Positions 1-10,148 of a DNA stretch of 64,000 nucleotides are shown one piece after another. The stretch spans positions 1 to 64,000 of the forward strand of contig JBFJHJ010000008.1 of assembly GCA_041613315.1 (NCBI GenBank), given 5' to 3'. The position numbers and the translations under genes were made by a program. The notes beneath the pieces are model-generated. The model did not search any database and was not told the origin of the DNA. It saw nothing but the letters and a program-made list of their open reading frames with translations. This stretch comes from Gemmatimonadales bacterium. Its GTDB lineage: Bacteria; Gemmatimonadota; Gemmatimonadetes; Gemmatimonadales; GWC2-71-9. The first letter of the stretch is position 1; every line of letters begins with the position of its first letter.

Positions 1-827
1 GCGACAGCGCGGGCGCGTTCCGTCTCCCGGGCGTCACCGCGGGTGCGCATCGTCTCCATCTGCGCAAGCGCGGCTTCACCCCCCGCGCCTTCGATTTCGA
101 GGTACCGGACGGGCTTGGACCGCTGCGCCTCCCAGCCGTACGCCTGGCGGCCGGCACGCCGCCTCGAGTGACGCTGACGGGGACGGTGGTGGACCCGGCC
201 GGCGAGCTACCGATAGAAGAGGCAGACGTCGCGTTCAACGGCGCCGTGGTGGCGACGACCGATGCGCGTGGGAAGTTCCGCGTGGAGGGCGTCGCAGCCG
301 ACTGGGGGAGCAACGTCGTGGAGGTGCGCCGGATCGGCTACGCACCGATGACCGACGAGGTGTGGGTGCAGGAACCCGTCACCACCTTCGACGTCGAGAT
401 CACGCTGCACAAGCTGCCCGTGGGGCTCCCGCCCGTGGTGGTCATCGCCGACCCGGGGCAGGTGGCGGGCCGGATGCGGGCGTTCTACCAGCGGCGGCGT
501 CAGGGCTTCGGCCACTTCCTCACGCGCGAGGAGATCGCCCAGCGCAATACCACCAGCACCACGGAGCTGCTGCGGCAGATGCCGGGCCTGTCGATCCGGC
601 GCACGTCCTCGGGTCTGGAGATCCCGGTGATCCCGCAAGGCGGGCGCGTGTGCTCGCCGAAGATCTTCGTGGACGGGCTGCCGCAGTCCGGGTCCATCGA
701 CCTGAACAGCAAGCTCAACACGGAATGGTTGGAAGGGATCGAGGTGTACACCCGGCCGTCCGACGTCCCGCCTGCGTACAACAGCAGCGGGGCGGTGTGC
801 GGCGCCATTCTCGTCTGGACCCGCTGA
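1..827 (+). CDS. Carboxypeptidase-regulatory-like (Ig-like) repeats plus TonB plug-like domain protein, 5'-truncated by the window
   Basis: The frame is open from position 3 (DSAGAFRLPGV...LRKRGF). A second repeat reads TTDARGKFRV...RRIGY. The C-terminus is plug-like (LTREEI...LLRQMPG...IEVY...CGAILVWTR) with no beta-barrel. Confidence 0.75.
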   Translation, partial: DSAGAFRLPGVTAGAHRLHLRKRGFTPRAFDFEVPDGLGPLRLPAVRLAAGTPPRVTLTGTVVDPAGELPIEEADVAFNGAVVATTDARGKFRVEGVAADWGSNVVEVRRIGYAPMTDEVWVQEPVTTFDVEITLHKLPVGLPPVVVIADPGQVAGRMRAFYQRRRQGFGHFLTREEIAQRNTTSTTELLRQMPGLSIRRTSSGLEIPVIPQGGRVCSPKIFVDGLPQSGSIDLNSKLNTEWLEGIEVYTRPSDVPPAYNSSGAVCGAILVWTR

Positions 828-974
828 GTGGAGAACCCAGCGATGGCCCCACACGCGCGCCCGGGTATACTTTAGCACCTTCCGGCACCGTGCCGCCGCT
901 GGTAGACTGGCGGGACCCGACTCGCGGGGCGGCACGACGGCCCGCACGACACCCACAACGCAAGGAGCAGGCGG

Positions 975-1220
975 ATGGCGGCGATCAGCCTCGAGCGGTT
1001 CGTCACGGAAATGGAGAAGCTGAAAGAAGAGATGACTGCTGGCCGGCTCAAGCACGGTGAGTACGACCAGCGCCTCTCCCGCATCATCCACGAACTGCGG
1101 GAGCGCAAGCTCGACGCGGAGCGCCCGCAGCTCACAGCCAAACTGAACGACCTGCTGAAACGCGGCGTCATCACCGACTCGGTCAAGTCGCATCTCGAGA
1201 AGCGGTTAGGCCTCGAATGA
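975..1220 (+). CDS. Small helical hypothetical protein with SHOCT-like motifs
   Basis: 81-aa ORF with an AAGGAG RBS. Motifs GRLKHGEYDQRL and LLKRGVIT resemble SHOCT. A TATACT -10 lies near 867. Confidence 0.7.
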   Translation: MAAISLERFVTEMEKLKEEMTAGRLKHGEYDQRLSRIIHELRERKLDAERPQLTAKLNDLLKRGVITDSVKSHLEKRLGLE

Positions 1221-1329
1221 GGGCGGGGGCCGCGAGCGCGATTCCGCCCACGCAATATCCCGCGACATCTGCAGGATTCTGCGGCACGCTTGAGCACCGA
1301 GGCCTTGCCACGCCGTCGTAGGAGTCATG

Positions 1330-1354
1330 TAAGCCCTTACTAATAAACAGCTTA
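1330..1354. promoter_or_regulatory. 25-bp AT-rich imperfect palindrome, IHF-like site
   Basis: TAAGCCCTTACTAATAAACAGCTTA fits TAA-N4-TT-N7-AA-N4-TTA. It sits just upstream of a sigma-54 motif. Confidence 0.5.
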
Positions 1355-1380
1355 ACCTACCGCCATGCCTCGTCCCGCCA

Positions 1381-1396
1381 TGGCATGTGTCTTGCC
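1381..1396 (+). promoter_or_regulatory. Sigma-54 (RpoN) -24/-12 promoter
   Basis: TGGCATGTGTCTTGCC matches TGGCAC-N5-TTGC with exact GG-N10-GC spacing. Confidence 0.65.
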
Positions 1397-1445
1397 GCCT
1401 TTGTAACAGCCGTTCGTGCGTACCCCGGGTTGGGGGGGCGCACGG

Positions 1446-1539
1446 GTCCGTTCAGGGCTGCCGACGGGCGACCGTCGCACACCATGCCACCGATCTCCGC
1501 CGCCCCAGAGGCGCCGGAAGACTGCCGGGCTGCCGGAGG
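1446..1539 (+). ncRNA. Degenerate c-di-GMP-I (GEMM-I)-like RNA
   Basis: GGC..CGACGG-GCGA-CCGTCG (GNRA-capped P2), then GCC, a P3 stem and 3' GCCGGGCTGCCG. Junction residues are altered. It overlaps the GGAGG RBS of the kinase gene. Confidence 0.4.
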
Positions 1540-1546
1540 GCACGAC

Positions 1547-3331
1547 GTGACGAAGCCGACCGACATCGCACGGTCAGCAGATTCCTGCCCCGCCCCACGG
1601 GCCGCGGGGGCTCCGGAGGAGCGCGCGCCGGAGGCCCGCGCTCCAGCCGTCCCGGCCAGCGGCGGCGGGGGGGACCCGTCGCAGCCGGCGCTGGACGATC
1701 TCACGCGCGCTCTCGAGCACATGCAGCTCGGTGTCACGATTACGGACCCCGAGGGACGCATCCTGTATACCAATCCGGCCGAGGCGGCGATGCACGGCTA
1801 CACGATCGAGGAGCTGCTCGGCCAGGACATCGGCATCTTCTCCGACCCGGAAGACCGGCGCCGCCTGACGCAGGAGGATCTCCGGACCCTGCGGAGCTGG
1901 CGCCGCGAGAGCGTCAACATCCGCAAAGATGGGTCGCCGTTTCCCGTCCAGCTCCTCTCCGACGTCGTCCGCGACGGGCGGGGCGAGCCCATTGGCGTGG
2001 TCACCACCTGCGAAGACATCACCGCCCGCAAGGACTCGGAGCGGGCGCTCAAGGTCTCCCGAGACGAGCTCGACCACCGGGTCATGGAGCGCACCAAGGA
2101 CCTGTACGCGGCGATCACGCGTCTCCAGGAGGAGATGGCACAGCGCCGACAAGCCGATGAACAGCGCCTCGCGCTCGAGGCGCAGCTCCGTCATGCGCAG
2201 CGGCTCGAGGCGATCGGCCAGCTCACGGGCGGGATCGCGCACGACTTCAACAACCTGTTGTCGGTGATCCTGGCCAATGCGGAGTTGGTCGCCACCGCCC
2301 TCCCGGCGGGCCGGAGCGAGCTGCGGACGAGCCTCGACGACATCATTGCCGCCGCACGAAGCGGCGCGACAATGGTGCACCAGCTCCTAGGCTTCTCCCG
2401 GCAGGTGGAGTTGACCCTCGTACCCACGGATCTCCGGATCGTGGTCGTGAACCTCGCCGACATGCTGCGGCGCGTGATCGGCGACGACATCGATATCCAG
2501 ACGTACGCCGAGCCTCCGGTGGGCGTCGTCCGGGCCGACCACGGCGCGATCCAGCAGATCCTGATGAACCTGGTCACGAACGCCCGGGATGCGATGCCCA
2601 CGGGCGGCTCCATCCGGATCGCGCTGCGGCGTGCCTGGCTGGACAGCCAGTACCGCCAGACACACCCCTGGGTGGAACCGGGCGAGTACCTCTGCCTGTC
2701 GGTCAGCGACAACGGCGTCGGGATGGATGCGGAGACGAAGGACCGGATCTTCGATCCCTTCTTCACGACCAAGCCGCCGGGCAAGGGGACGGGCCTCGGC
2801 ATGGCGATGGTGTACGGCTTGATGAAGCAGCACCGCGGGCACGTGCACGTCTACAGCGAGCCCGGCGAGGGGACGACGGTGAGCCTCTACTTCGCCGCGA
2901 TAGAGGAGACCATCGAAGAGGTGACGCCTCCGGCCGACCTCGAGCGGCCGCCGCGCGGGGGCGAGACGATCTTGCTGGCGGAGGACGAGGAGGCGCTCCG
3001 GCGCACGGCACAGCGCGCCCTCGAGAAGTTCGGCTACCGTGTGCTGACGGCCGCCACCGGGGCGGAGGCGCTGGCCTTGTTCCGGAAGCATCGGGCGGAC
3101 ATCAGCCTCGTCGTGTCGGATCTCATGATGCCTAAGATGGGGGGCCGGGAGCTGCACGACGCCATCCGGCGCGAGGGGTCCACGGTCAAGTTCGCCCTGG
3201 CCAGCGGTTATACGGCGCGCGACGTGGAGATGCGCACGATGCTGGGCGCCGAGATCCCCGTGGTGACCAAGCCCTGGACGTTGCGCGAGCTCGCCGAACA
3301 GGTCCGCGCGATTCTGGACGAGCCCGTGTAG
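1547..3331 (+). CDS. PAS-domain hybrid sensor histidine kinase/response regulator
   Basis: PAS ([14 protein letters not shown]...RKDGS), H-box AHDFNNLL, HATPase (NARDAM, DNGVG, FFTTK..GKGTGLG) and REC (SDLMMP). Start chosen at the GTG behind GGAGG. Confidence 0.92.
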   Translation: MTKPTDIARSADSCPAPRAAGAPEERAPEARAPAVPASGGGGDPSQPALDDLTRALEHMQLGVTITDPEGRILYTNPAEAAMHGYTIEELLGQDIGIFSDPEDRRRLTQEDLRTLRSWRRESVNIRKDGSPFPVQLLSDVVRDGRGEPIGVVTTCEDITARKDSERALKVSRDELDHRVMERTKDLYAAITRLQEEMAQRRQADEQRLALEAQLRHAQRLEAIGQLTGGIAHDFNNLLSVILANAELVATALPAGRSELRTSLDDIIAAARSGATMVHQLLGFSRQVELTLVPTDLRIVVVNLADMLRRVIGDDIDIQTYAEPPVGVVRADHGAIQQILMNLVTNARDAMPTGGSIRIALRRAWLDSQYRQTHPWVEPGEYLCLSVSDNGVGMDAETKDRIFDPFFTTKPPGKGTGLGMAMVYGLMKQHRGHVHVYSEPGEGTTVSLYFAAIEETIEEVTPPADLERPPRGGETILLAEDEEALRRTAQRALEKFGYRVLTAATGAEALALFRKHRADISLVVSDLMMPKMGGRELHDAIRREGSTVKFALASGYTARDVEMRTMLGAEIPVVTKPWTLRELAEQVRAILDEPV

Positions 3332-3362
3332 CGCTCACGCACGCCGCGCCCCGATCACGTCT

Positions 3363-3401
3363 CGCGCCCCGCCACACCCAACGTGGCGGGGCGCGGTGTT
3401 T
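3363..3401 (+). terminator. Hairpin, probable terminator after the kinase gene
   Basis: CGCGCCCCGCCAC-loop-GTGGCGGGGCGCG followed by GTGTTT. Confidence 0.55.
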
Positions 3402-3537
3402 CCACCTGCATCGTGAAGGGGTCTTCACGACCCTTTGGTCATGAGGAAAGAAACCCGACACTAGGGTTCGGCGATCCCCGGACCCGAGCAATCCGGGCCG
3501 GCTCACGTCGTCTCGAACCGCGGAACCCGACTCCATC

Positions 3538-5715
3538 ATGACACTCTTCGTGCTTCTTCGCCGAACGCTCGCGATCGCCATTCCACTGGCCGTCGTCCCA
3601 TCCACGACCCCAGCCCAACAGGCGAACCCTTCGGACAGCGCGGCGGCGCGGGAACCCATCCAGCTCAGCCCCGTCACGGTCACCGCGACCCGTACGGCCA
3701 AGCGGGTGTTCGAGACCCCGAGCCCCGTGAGCGTGATCGGGGCCCGCCACCTCTCGCACCAGGCCCCGAACGGCGTCGCCGATCTGTTCCTCGAACTGCC
3801 GGGCCTCGATGTGACGGGCGTGGGGGTGAATCAGGTTCGGCCCATGATCCGCGGGCAGCGCGGTCAGCGGATCCTCGTGCTTGAGGACGGGATGCGGCTG
3901 AACAATTCCCGGCGTCAGCAGGACTTCGGCGAGCTTCCCGCGCTGGTGGATGTGACCGGTCTGGAGCGCGTCGAGATCGTGCGCGGCCCGTCGTCGGTGC
4001 TGTACGGGAGCGACGCGATCGGCGGGGTCGTGAACCTGATCACCCGCACGCCCGACGCCGACGGCGTCCACGGCGGCGCCGGCTACCGCTACAGCGGCTC
4101 CGACGATCAGCACCGCGGCACCGGATGGCTGTCGGCGCGGTCGGGACGCGTCGCCCTGTTCGCGCGGGGGACCGCGCGCACCGCCCGCCCGTACGACGCA
4201 CCCGCCGGCGCGTTCGGGAACATCCGGCTCGCGGACGACACGCCGGTGCACGACACCGGCGTGGAAGACGCGAGCGTGGACGTGTCGGCGAGCTACTTCC
4301 CGTCGCCCCGGTCGCGCGCGTGGGTCAAGTACGAGCGCTACCGCGCCGACACCACGGGCTTCGGCTACGTGGATCCCGCCGCGTACGCGCCCGAACTCCC
4401 GTTCATCCAGATCCTCTATCCGTACCAGCACTTCGACAAGGTGACGGCCGGCTATCGGGCGACGAGGCTCGGGCATGTGTTGGCGGACCGGTTCGAGGTG
4501 GTCGCCTACTACCAGGACAACGAGCGGCGGCTCGATCTCAACGTGTTCGCGCCGTTCGGGCCCACGGCGCCGCCGGGCGCAGGCGTCCGGGTCGAGACCG
4601 AGAACTTCACCGACCTGGAGACGTTCGGCGTGCGGGCGGAGGCCACCAAACTGGTCGGCAGCCGACTCCTCCTCACGTACGGCGTGGACCTCTTCCGGGA
4701 CGGGTCCGACAATACCGACGCCAGCACGGTGACGGTCGTGGGCTTCGGTCCGCCGATGTCGCAGGAGAGCGCGGTGCCGCTCGTGCCCAACGCCGCGTTC
4801 AGGAGCATCGGGACGTTTCTCCAGGGCGACGTCCAGCTCACGAGCCGCGCGTCGCTGATCCTCGGGGTCCGCTACCAGGACGTGCACGCCGGCACGCGGG
4901 CCACGCGGGGGGTGGACGCGCCAGCGACCGCGCACACGGACCGCACACTCGTGGGCGCCGCCAACGCCATCGTCCGGATCACCGACCAGCTCGCCGTCGT
5001 CGGCACCCTCGGCCGCGCGTTCCGCTCGCCGAACCTGGTCGAGCGGTTCTTCAACGGGCCCACCCCCGAGGGCGGCGCGTACCAGGCACCGAACCGGGAC
5101 CTCAAGCCCGAGACAAGCCTCAATGCCGACCTCGGCCTGCGGTACCGGAGCCGCCGGTTCTCGGCCGAGGGGTTCGTGTTCCGCAACGACATCCGCAACG
5201 GGGTCCGCGTGGCGCCCACCGGCGAGGTGGTGAACGGGCTGCGGGTGTTCCAGAACGTGAACGTGGACCGGCTGCGCTTCACGGGCGTCGAGCTGTCCGG
5301 CGAGGCGTACCTGCCGCTCGGGTTCGAGCTGGGCGCGACGTTCACGCACCTCTCTTCCAAGGACGTGCTCGATCCGCTGAACCCCGTGGGCGACACCTTC
5401 TCCGAGCGGGTGACCGCGCGGGTCGGCTACCGTGACCCCGCGGACCGCTTCTGGGTGGGGTATGACGTGCGGCATAACGGCGAGCGCAAGGACGTGAACC
5501 TGGGAGTGAACCCGGTCGGGGCGATCCTGCCGCCGTTCACCGTGCACGCCGTCCGTGGCGGGGTCACCGTGATTCGGCGCGGGGCGCACCGCCAGCAGGT
5601 GGGGATCGCGGTCACCAATCTGACGAACGCGCTGTACGCCGAGGCCGCGAACGTGAGCTTCTTCCGGCCGGCGCCCAAACGGAGCATCATGGTCACGTGG
5701 GACATGACGTTCTGA
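3538..5715 (+). CDS. TonB-dependent outer-membrane receptor
   Basis: Signal peptide, TonB box VTVTATR, plug motif RVEIVRGPSSVLYGSDAIGGVVN, NRDLKPE, and a C-terminal Phe. Confidence 0.93.
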   Translation: MTLFVLLRRTLAIAIPLAVVPSTTPAQQANPSDSAAAREPIQLSPVTVTATRTAKRVFETPSPVSVIGARHLSHQAPNGVADLFLELPGLDVTGVGVNQVRPMIRGQRGQRILVLEDGMRLNNSRRQQDFGELPALVDVTGLERVEIVRGPSSVLYGSDAIGGVVNLITRTPDADGVHGGAGYRYSGSDDQHRGTGWLSARSGRVALFARGTARTARPYDAPAGAFGNIRLADDTPVHDTGVEDASVDVSASYFPSPRSRAWVKYERYRADTTGFGYVDPAAYAPELPFIQILYPYQHFDKVTAGYRATRLGHVLADRFEVVAYYQDNERRLDLNVFAPFGPTAPPGAGVRVETENFTDLETFGVRAEATKLVGSRLLLTYGVDLFRDGSDNTDASTVTVVGFGPPMSQESAVPLVPNAAFRSIGTFLQGDVQLTSRASLILGVRYQDVHAGTRATRGVDAPATAHTDRTLVGAANAIVRITDQLAVVGTLGRAFRSPNLVERFFNGPTPEGGAYQAPNRDLKPETSLNADLGLRYRSRRFSAEGFVFRNDIRNGVRVAPTGEVVNGLRVFQNVNVDRLRFTGVELSGEAYLPLGFELGATFTHLSSKDVLDPLNPVGDTFSERVTARVGYRDPADRFWVGYDVRHNGERKDVNLGVNPVGAILPPFTVHAVRGGVTVIRRGAHRQQVGIAVTNLTNALYAEAANVSFFRPAPKRSIMVTWDMTF

Positions 5716-5735
5716 GTCCGGTCGTGCGACAACCC

Positions 5736-6470
5736 GTGCACTTCCTTCCGATCGCGACGACGCTCGTCGCGCTGGTCTTCGCGATCGTCGTGTTCCTCCG
5801 GTACCGCGAGCGGCGCTCGGGGCCCCATCTGCTCTGGTGGGCGGGCGGCATCCTGGTGTACGGGGCGGGCACGTTCACCGAAGCGGCGGTCACGCTCGCC
5901 GGCTGGCACGAGCCGCTGTTCCGGGCGTGGTACATCTCCGGGGCGCTACTCGGCGGCGCGCCGCTGGCGCAGGGCACGGTGTACCTCCTCTTCTCCCGGC
6001 GAGCGGCGAACCGGATGGCCGCCGCGTTGATCACCGTCGTCGCCATCGCGGCCACCTGCGTGCTCCTGACGCCCCTCAATCACGCGCTCGTCGAGCCGTA
6101 CCGCCTCACGGGCGCGGTGATCGAGTGGCGCTGGGTACGGATGTTCAGTCCGTTCATCAACACGTACGCCGTGATCTTCCTCGTGGGCGGCGCCGTGGTC
6201 TCGGCGCTCCGCTTCCGACGGAGCGCCGAGACGCACCACCGCTTCGTCGGCAACGTGCTGATCGCGGTCGGCGCGATCCTGCCGGGGATCGGCGGGATGG
6301 CCACGCGCTTCGGGTACACCGAGGTGTTGTACGTGACCGAGTTCGTGGGGCTCGCCCTGATCTGGTGGGGCTACCGCTGGAACGTCCGGGCGCCGGCGAC
6401 CGCAGTCAGCGCCATCCGAACCGCCGCGTCCCTTCCCGCGTCGGTGCCGTCGACCCGAGCGCTCCGCTAG
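5736..6470 (+). CDS. Multi-pass (~7 TM) membrane protein of unknown function
   Basis: Several hydrophobic helices. It directly follows the TonB receptor. The start is uncertain. Confidence 0.75.
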   Translation: MHFLPIATTLVALVFAIVVFLRYRERRSGPHLLWWAGGILVYGAGTFTEAAVTLAGWHEPLFRAWYISGALLGGAPLAQGTVYLLFSRRAANRMAAALITVVAIAATCVLLTPLNHALVEPYRLTGAVIEWRWVRMFSPFINTYAVIFLVGGAVVSALRFRRSAETHHRFVGNVLIAVGAILPGIGGMATRFGYTEVLYVTEFVGLALIWWGYRWNVRAPATAVSAIRTAASLPASVPSTRALR

Positions 6471-6561
6471 GCGACACAACCCGCGGTGTCGCGGCAGCGT
6501 CCGCGCAGCGTTCGCGCGCGACGCTTGGCGTGCTCCGCACCTCCCTGCAGGCACGGCCAAC

Positions 6562-6579
6562 CCGTGACATGTGTCACGG
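6562..6579. promoter_or_regulatory. CRP/FNR-family-like palindromic operator
   Basis: CCGTGACA-TG-TGTCACGG, i.e. GTGA-N6-TCAC, upstream of the riboswitch and protease. Confidence 0.45.
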
Positions 6580-6644
6580 AGGCGCCGTGTGCGCTACGGC
6601 ACTTTGCGATCAACATCACGGCATGATCGCCCTCCTTTCGGAGG

Positions 6645-6747
6645 ACGCGACAAAGGCAAACCCGTCGAAAGGCGGGGACGCAAAGCCACGAGGCTACCGC
6701 CGGGCACGCGATGGGGCGTGCCGGCCAGGCCGGTCGGGTTGCCGAAC
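6645..6747 (+). ncRNA. Cyclic di-GMP-I (GEMM-I) riboswitch
   Basis: AAAGGCAAACCCGTC-GAAA-GGCGGGGACGCAAAGCC...GGGTTGCCGAA is the canonical consensus. G at the G20-equivalent position indicates the c-di-GMP rather than the cGAMP class. Confidence 0.92.
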
Positions 6748-6764
6748 GGACCGAAGGAGGGCCC

Positions 6765-8261
6765 ATGTCATCCCAGCTTCGCGGCCGGCGGACCGCCGTT
6801 GGCGGCCTCCGGGTGCTGCTCTGCGTCGGCGCCGTCACCCTCGTCGCCTGCCAGGACCGCACGCTCCTCGACCCCACGCCCCCGGACGACCAGCCGGGCG
6901 ACGTGAACGCGCAAGTCATTCCGGACCGCTTCATCGTCGTCTTCAAGCCGGACGTGCAGGACGCCCCCGGATTGGCCCGGCAACTGGTGGCGGGCAACGG
7001 CGGCGCCCTACGTCGCACCTATGGGGCGGCGATCAAAGGATTCGCGGCCGACCTACCGGTAGAGGCGGTGGAAGCCCTCGAGCGCAATCCCAACGTCGCC
7101 TACATCGAGCCTGATCTCCCAGCGTCGCTGGTGGACGCGCAGCCGAACCCGCCGTGGGGACTCGACCGGATCGACCAGCCCACGCTGCCGCTGGACGGGA
7201 GCTATGCCTATGACGCCACCGGCAAGGGCGTGCACGTCTACGTGATCGATACGGGCATGCGGATCACCCACCAGGAATTTGGGGGACGGGCGTCCGGCGG
7301 CTTCACGGCGATCGACGACGGGAGAGGAACCGACGACTGTCACGGGCACGGCACCCACGTGGCCGGGACGGTGGGCGCCGCCACGTACGGGGTGGCGAAG
7401 GGCGTTTGGCTCTACGCGGTGCGTGTTATGGACTGCGCCGGATCCGGCAGCCTGAGTGGCGTGATCGCCGCGGTGGACTGGATCACCGCGAACCGCGAGC
7501 TTCCCGCCGTGGCGAACATGAGCCTCGCCGCTGGGGCGCCCTCGTCACTGAACGCGGCGATCCAGCGCTCGATCGATGCGGGTGTGACGTACGTGGCGGC
7601 CGCGGGCAACAAATCGGCGGATGCCTGCAACTACTCGCCCTCCGGCACACCCAACGTGCTGACCGTGGGCGCGAGCGACAAGACGGACACCAAGGCCTCG
7701 TGGTCCAACTGGGGCACTTGCCTCGAATTCTTTGCACCGGGGACGTCCATCCCCTCGGCGTATCACACGAGCGACGAGGCCACGGCTACCAAGAGCGGCA
7801 CGTCGATGGCCTCGCCCCACGGTGCGGGGGCGGCGGCGCTCTACTTGGAGACGCATGTGACCGCCAGCCCGTACGAGGTGGCCGACGCGCTCATCAGCAG
7901 TGCCACGAGCGGTGTCTTGAGCGGTATCGGGCCGGGATCGCCGAACCTGCTGCTCCGGACTTCGGGCACGCCGAGCGCCAATCCCCCGGAGCCCGTGGAC
8001 CAGCCTCCGGTGGCGAGCTTCAACTCCAACTGCCCCAAGGGGAGCTGCACGTTCGACGCCAGCGGCTCCACCGACGATCACGGCATCGTGAGTTACTGGT
8101 GGGACTTCGGCGATGGGTCGGCGCCCGTCACCGAGTCCGGGCCCGTGACGTTCCACCGGTACACGGCTCCCGGGGTGTACGTCATCACGCTGATCGTGAC
8201 CGATACCGCCGACCAGACGGGGCAAACCCAGCGGACCCGGAACATTCGCAAGGTCGGATAA
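6765..8261 (+). CDS. Subtilisin-family S8 serine protease (proteinase K/aqualysin-like) lipoprotein with I9 propeptide and PKD domain
   Basis: GGAGG RBS, lipobox LVAC, catalytic VIDTG / HGHGTHVAG / GTSMASPH, and a C-terminal PKD motif WDFGDG. Confidence 0.93.
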   Translation: MSSQLRGRRTAVGGLRVLLCVGAVTLVACQDRTLLDPTPPDDQPGDVNAQVIPDRFIVVFKPDVQDAPGLARQLVAGNGGALRRTYGAAIKGFAADLPVEAVEALERNPNVAYIEPDLPASLVDAQPNPPWGLDRIDQPTLPLDGSYAYDATGKGVHVYVIDTGMRITHQEFGGRASGGFTAIDDGRGTDDCHGHGTHVAGTVGAATYGVAKGVWLYAVRVMDCAGSGSLSGVIAAVDWITANRELPAVANMSLAAGAPSSLNAAIQRSIDAGVTYVAAAGNKSADACNYSPSGTPNVLTVGASDKTDTKASWSNWGTCLEFFAPGTSIPSAYHTSDEATATKSGTSMASPHGAGAAALYLETHVTASPYEVADALISSATSGVLSGIGPGSPNLLLRTSGTPSANPPEPVDQPPVASFNSNCPKGSCTFDASGSTDDHGIVSYWWDFGDGSAPVTESGPVTFHRYTAPGVYVITLIVTDTADQTGQTQRTRNIRKVG

Positions 8262-8300
8262 GACCCGAGCGGTTAGCGATGTCGCGGCTGGGTGGATACA

Positions 8301-8330
8301 GCAGGGGCTCTCCCGAGGGAGAGCCCCTGC
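8301..8330. terminator. Bidirectional terminator-like hairpin between convergent genes
   Basis: Perfect 13-bp stem GCAGGGGCTCTCC-CGAG-GGAGAGCCCCTGC. Confidence 0.7.
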
Positions 8331-8401
8331 GTCGTTCGGTCCTGCGTCGCGATGCCCCGGCAACGGCCGGCGCGGTCAGCGGACCGGCCGGCCCTCAGCC
8401 G

Positions 8402-9685
8402 TCAGCCGCCCAGGGGGCACCCGAGGTTGTTATCCGCATCGAGCGCCGCCGCCAGGTTCAACATCGTCTGGCGGTGGTTGCTGTCGATGGCCGCGTTCAC
8501 ATCCGAGAGGATGGCGGCCGCGTTCCGCGGGTAGTTCACGTCCGGGTGTGCGGCGTTGAGGAGCGCCGCCACGCTTGCCCGAAGCAGAATCTGCGCCGCG
8601 CCGTTCAGCGTCTTCCCGCCCTGGAAGCTCAGGGCCTGGAGTAGCGACGCATTGGCAAGGCTCGAGCCGCTGGAGCCGTCACCGAACGTGGCCGGTAGGA
8701 CGAACCCGGCGCTGGCCACCGTCTGGCCCGGCGAGAACCCGGAGGGGTCCCACGCGTTCGTGTGGTTCTTCCAGAAGCCGGGGGAGCAGCCCTCGTCCAC
8801 TTCGACCGGGCAGATCCCCGTGGTGATCGTCACCGTCGCCGAGGCGGTCCGCGCCTGACCGCTCTCGATCTCGGTGAGGGTCACCGTGTTGTTCAGCTCG
8901 AAGCTCTCGGCGCACGGCGCCGACACATTGGCGACGGTCACCTCGATGTGCTCTTCGGCCGAGTCCTCGAAGTGGAAGGACCCGATGCCGGTGCACACGA
9001 AGCCGGTCGGGCAGATCTGCGCGTCCGCAACGTCCGCCGCGGCGTCGATCTCGACGATCGTCGGGGAGGCTGGGAGGCTGAAGTCGGCCTTGGGCTCAGG
9101 GCCTTTGGGGGTGCCGAGGCTGCCCGAGTGGTTGGTGATGGTCACCAGCGAGGTGTTTCGGTACGTCGCTCCAGCGACGGGCGTGAACTCGATCTCGTAC
9201 GGGTAGCACGCGGACTCGCCGGCGCCAAGCTCGTCCGGCGTGATGGTCTGCGACGCCCCGGCCAGGTCCTGGAACTGCCCGGCGCCGGTCTTGAACTCGA
9301 CCTGATCCACGATCATCAGGCCCTCAGTCGCCCGTTCTCCGCCATTGGTGACGCAGACGTCGCCGCGGACGCCGATCTTGTCGACGAGCGACACTTGCGT
9401 CCGGGTGGCGCTGATCCAATACGTCACCACACCACTCTCTCCCGGCTTGATCTCGATCTCGGCCGGGTCGACCGACTTGGCGATGTCCCAATCATACGTG
9501 ATGGTGCGTTCGAAGAACCCCTCCGCCGTCTTCACGGCGCTGAGCGTGGTGCCGGCCTGACCGCCGCCGGGGTTGTGGTTCGGGTTGTGATTGAGCAGCG
9601 GCCCGTTGATGGCCGAGCTGGGATCGTCCTTACATGCCCCGAGCAGGGCGGCTAGGACGAGGGGGAACACTAGTGCGCGTTTCAC
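8402..9685 (-). CDS. Secreted lipoprotein with Ig-like/pilin-like beta domains and a C-terminal GCSPGFWKNH domain
   Basis: GTG start behind GGAGG, lipobox LGAC, Thr/Val-rich beta regions with paired Cys. Confidence 0.8.
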   Translation of the reverse strand: MKRALVFPLVLAALLGACKDDPSSAINGPLLNHNPNHNPGGGQAGTTLSAVKTAEGFFERTITYDWDIAKSVDPAEIEIKPGESGVVTYWISATRTQVSLVDKIGVRGDVCVTNGGERATEGLMIVDQVEFKTGAGQFQDLAGASQTITPDELGAGESACYPYEIEFTPVAGATYRNTSLVTITNHSGSLGTPKGPEPKADFSLPASPTIVEIDAAADVADAQICPTGFVCTGIGSFHFEDSAEEHIEVTVANVSAPCAESFELNNTVTLTEIESGQARTASATVTITTGICPVEVDEGCSPGFWKNHTNAWDPSGFSPGQTVASAGFVLPATFGDGSSGSSLANASLLQALSFQGGKTLNGAAQILLRASVAALLNAAHPDVNYPRNAAAILSDVNAAIDSNHRQTMLNLAAALDADNNLGCPLGG

Positions 9686-9744
9686 GACGACCTCCAGAAA
9701 GTGTTGATGTGTGCCTGTCGCCTGCGTGCAGACCGTCGTGTGCT

Positions 9745-9825
9745 CCTGCGGCAGCCCGGCTTTCTCCGATCGAGATCCTGGGGCGTTGCGGACCGGGCTC
9801 ACACCCGGGGTGCCTTAGTCAGCGG
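9745..9825 (-). ncRNA. Variant c-di-GMP-I (GEMM-I) riboswitch
   Basis: Minus strand reads AAGGCACC-CCGGGT-GTGA-GCCCGG-TCCGCAACGCC-CCAGGATCTC..GAGA-AAGCCGGGCTGCCG, about 60 nt before the lipoprotein start. Confidence 0.7.
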
Positions 9826-10148
9826 ATGCCAACGATCGCGCGATTCCGGCCGGCGCTCGCACCGACGCAGCGTCGGCCCCGAATCGCAGAACGCATGTTA
9901 GGGCCGCCCCGACCCGCGCACCATTTACGGCAGGGTGGATTTTCCTATAACCTTCGTTGAGTAGGGGAGCGGCGACGTCTTGTTGGTTCCGAAAGAGGAG
10001 CCCTCACGCGAACAGTTTTGCACGTCCACGGGCAGCGCTTTGCAGTCATAGGTGGCCGCCCGACCCCAAGGAAACAGAAAACGGGTCCCGGAGAACCCCC
10101 GAGACCCGTGGACCGCTGGCGACCGACCGCCGGCGCCGCCGCGCTCGC

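Noticed and set aside
872..897. CIRCE/HrcA element
   Set aside because: Only the left half TTAGCAC matches; the spacing and right arm are wrong.
3411..3430. Rex operator
   Set aside because: Half-site spacing is 6 nt, not the 4 nt of TTGTGAA-N4-TTCACAA.
6645..6747. cGAMP-sensing GEMM-Ib assignment
   Set aside because: The position-20 equivalent is G, not A.
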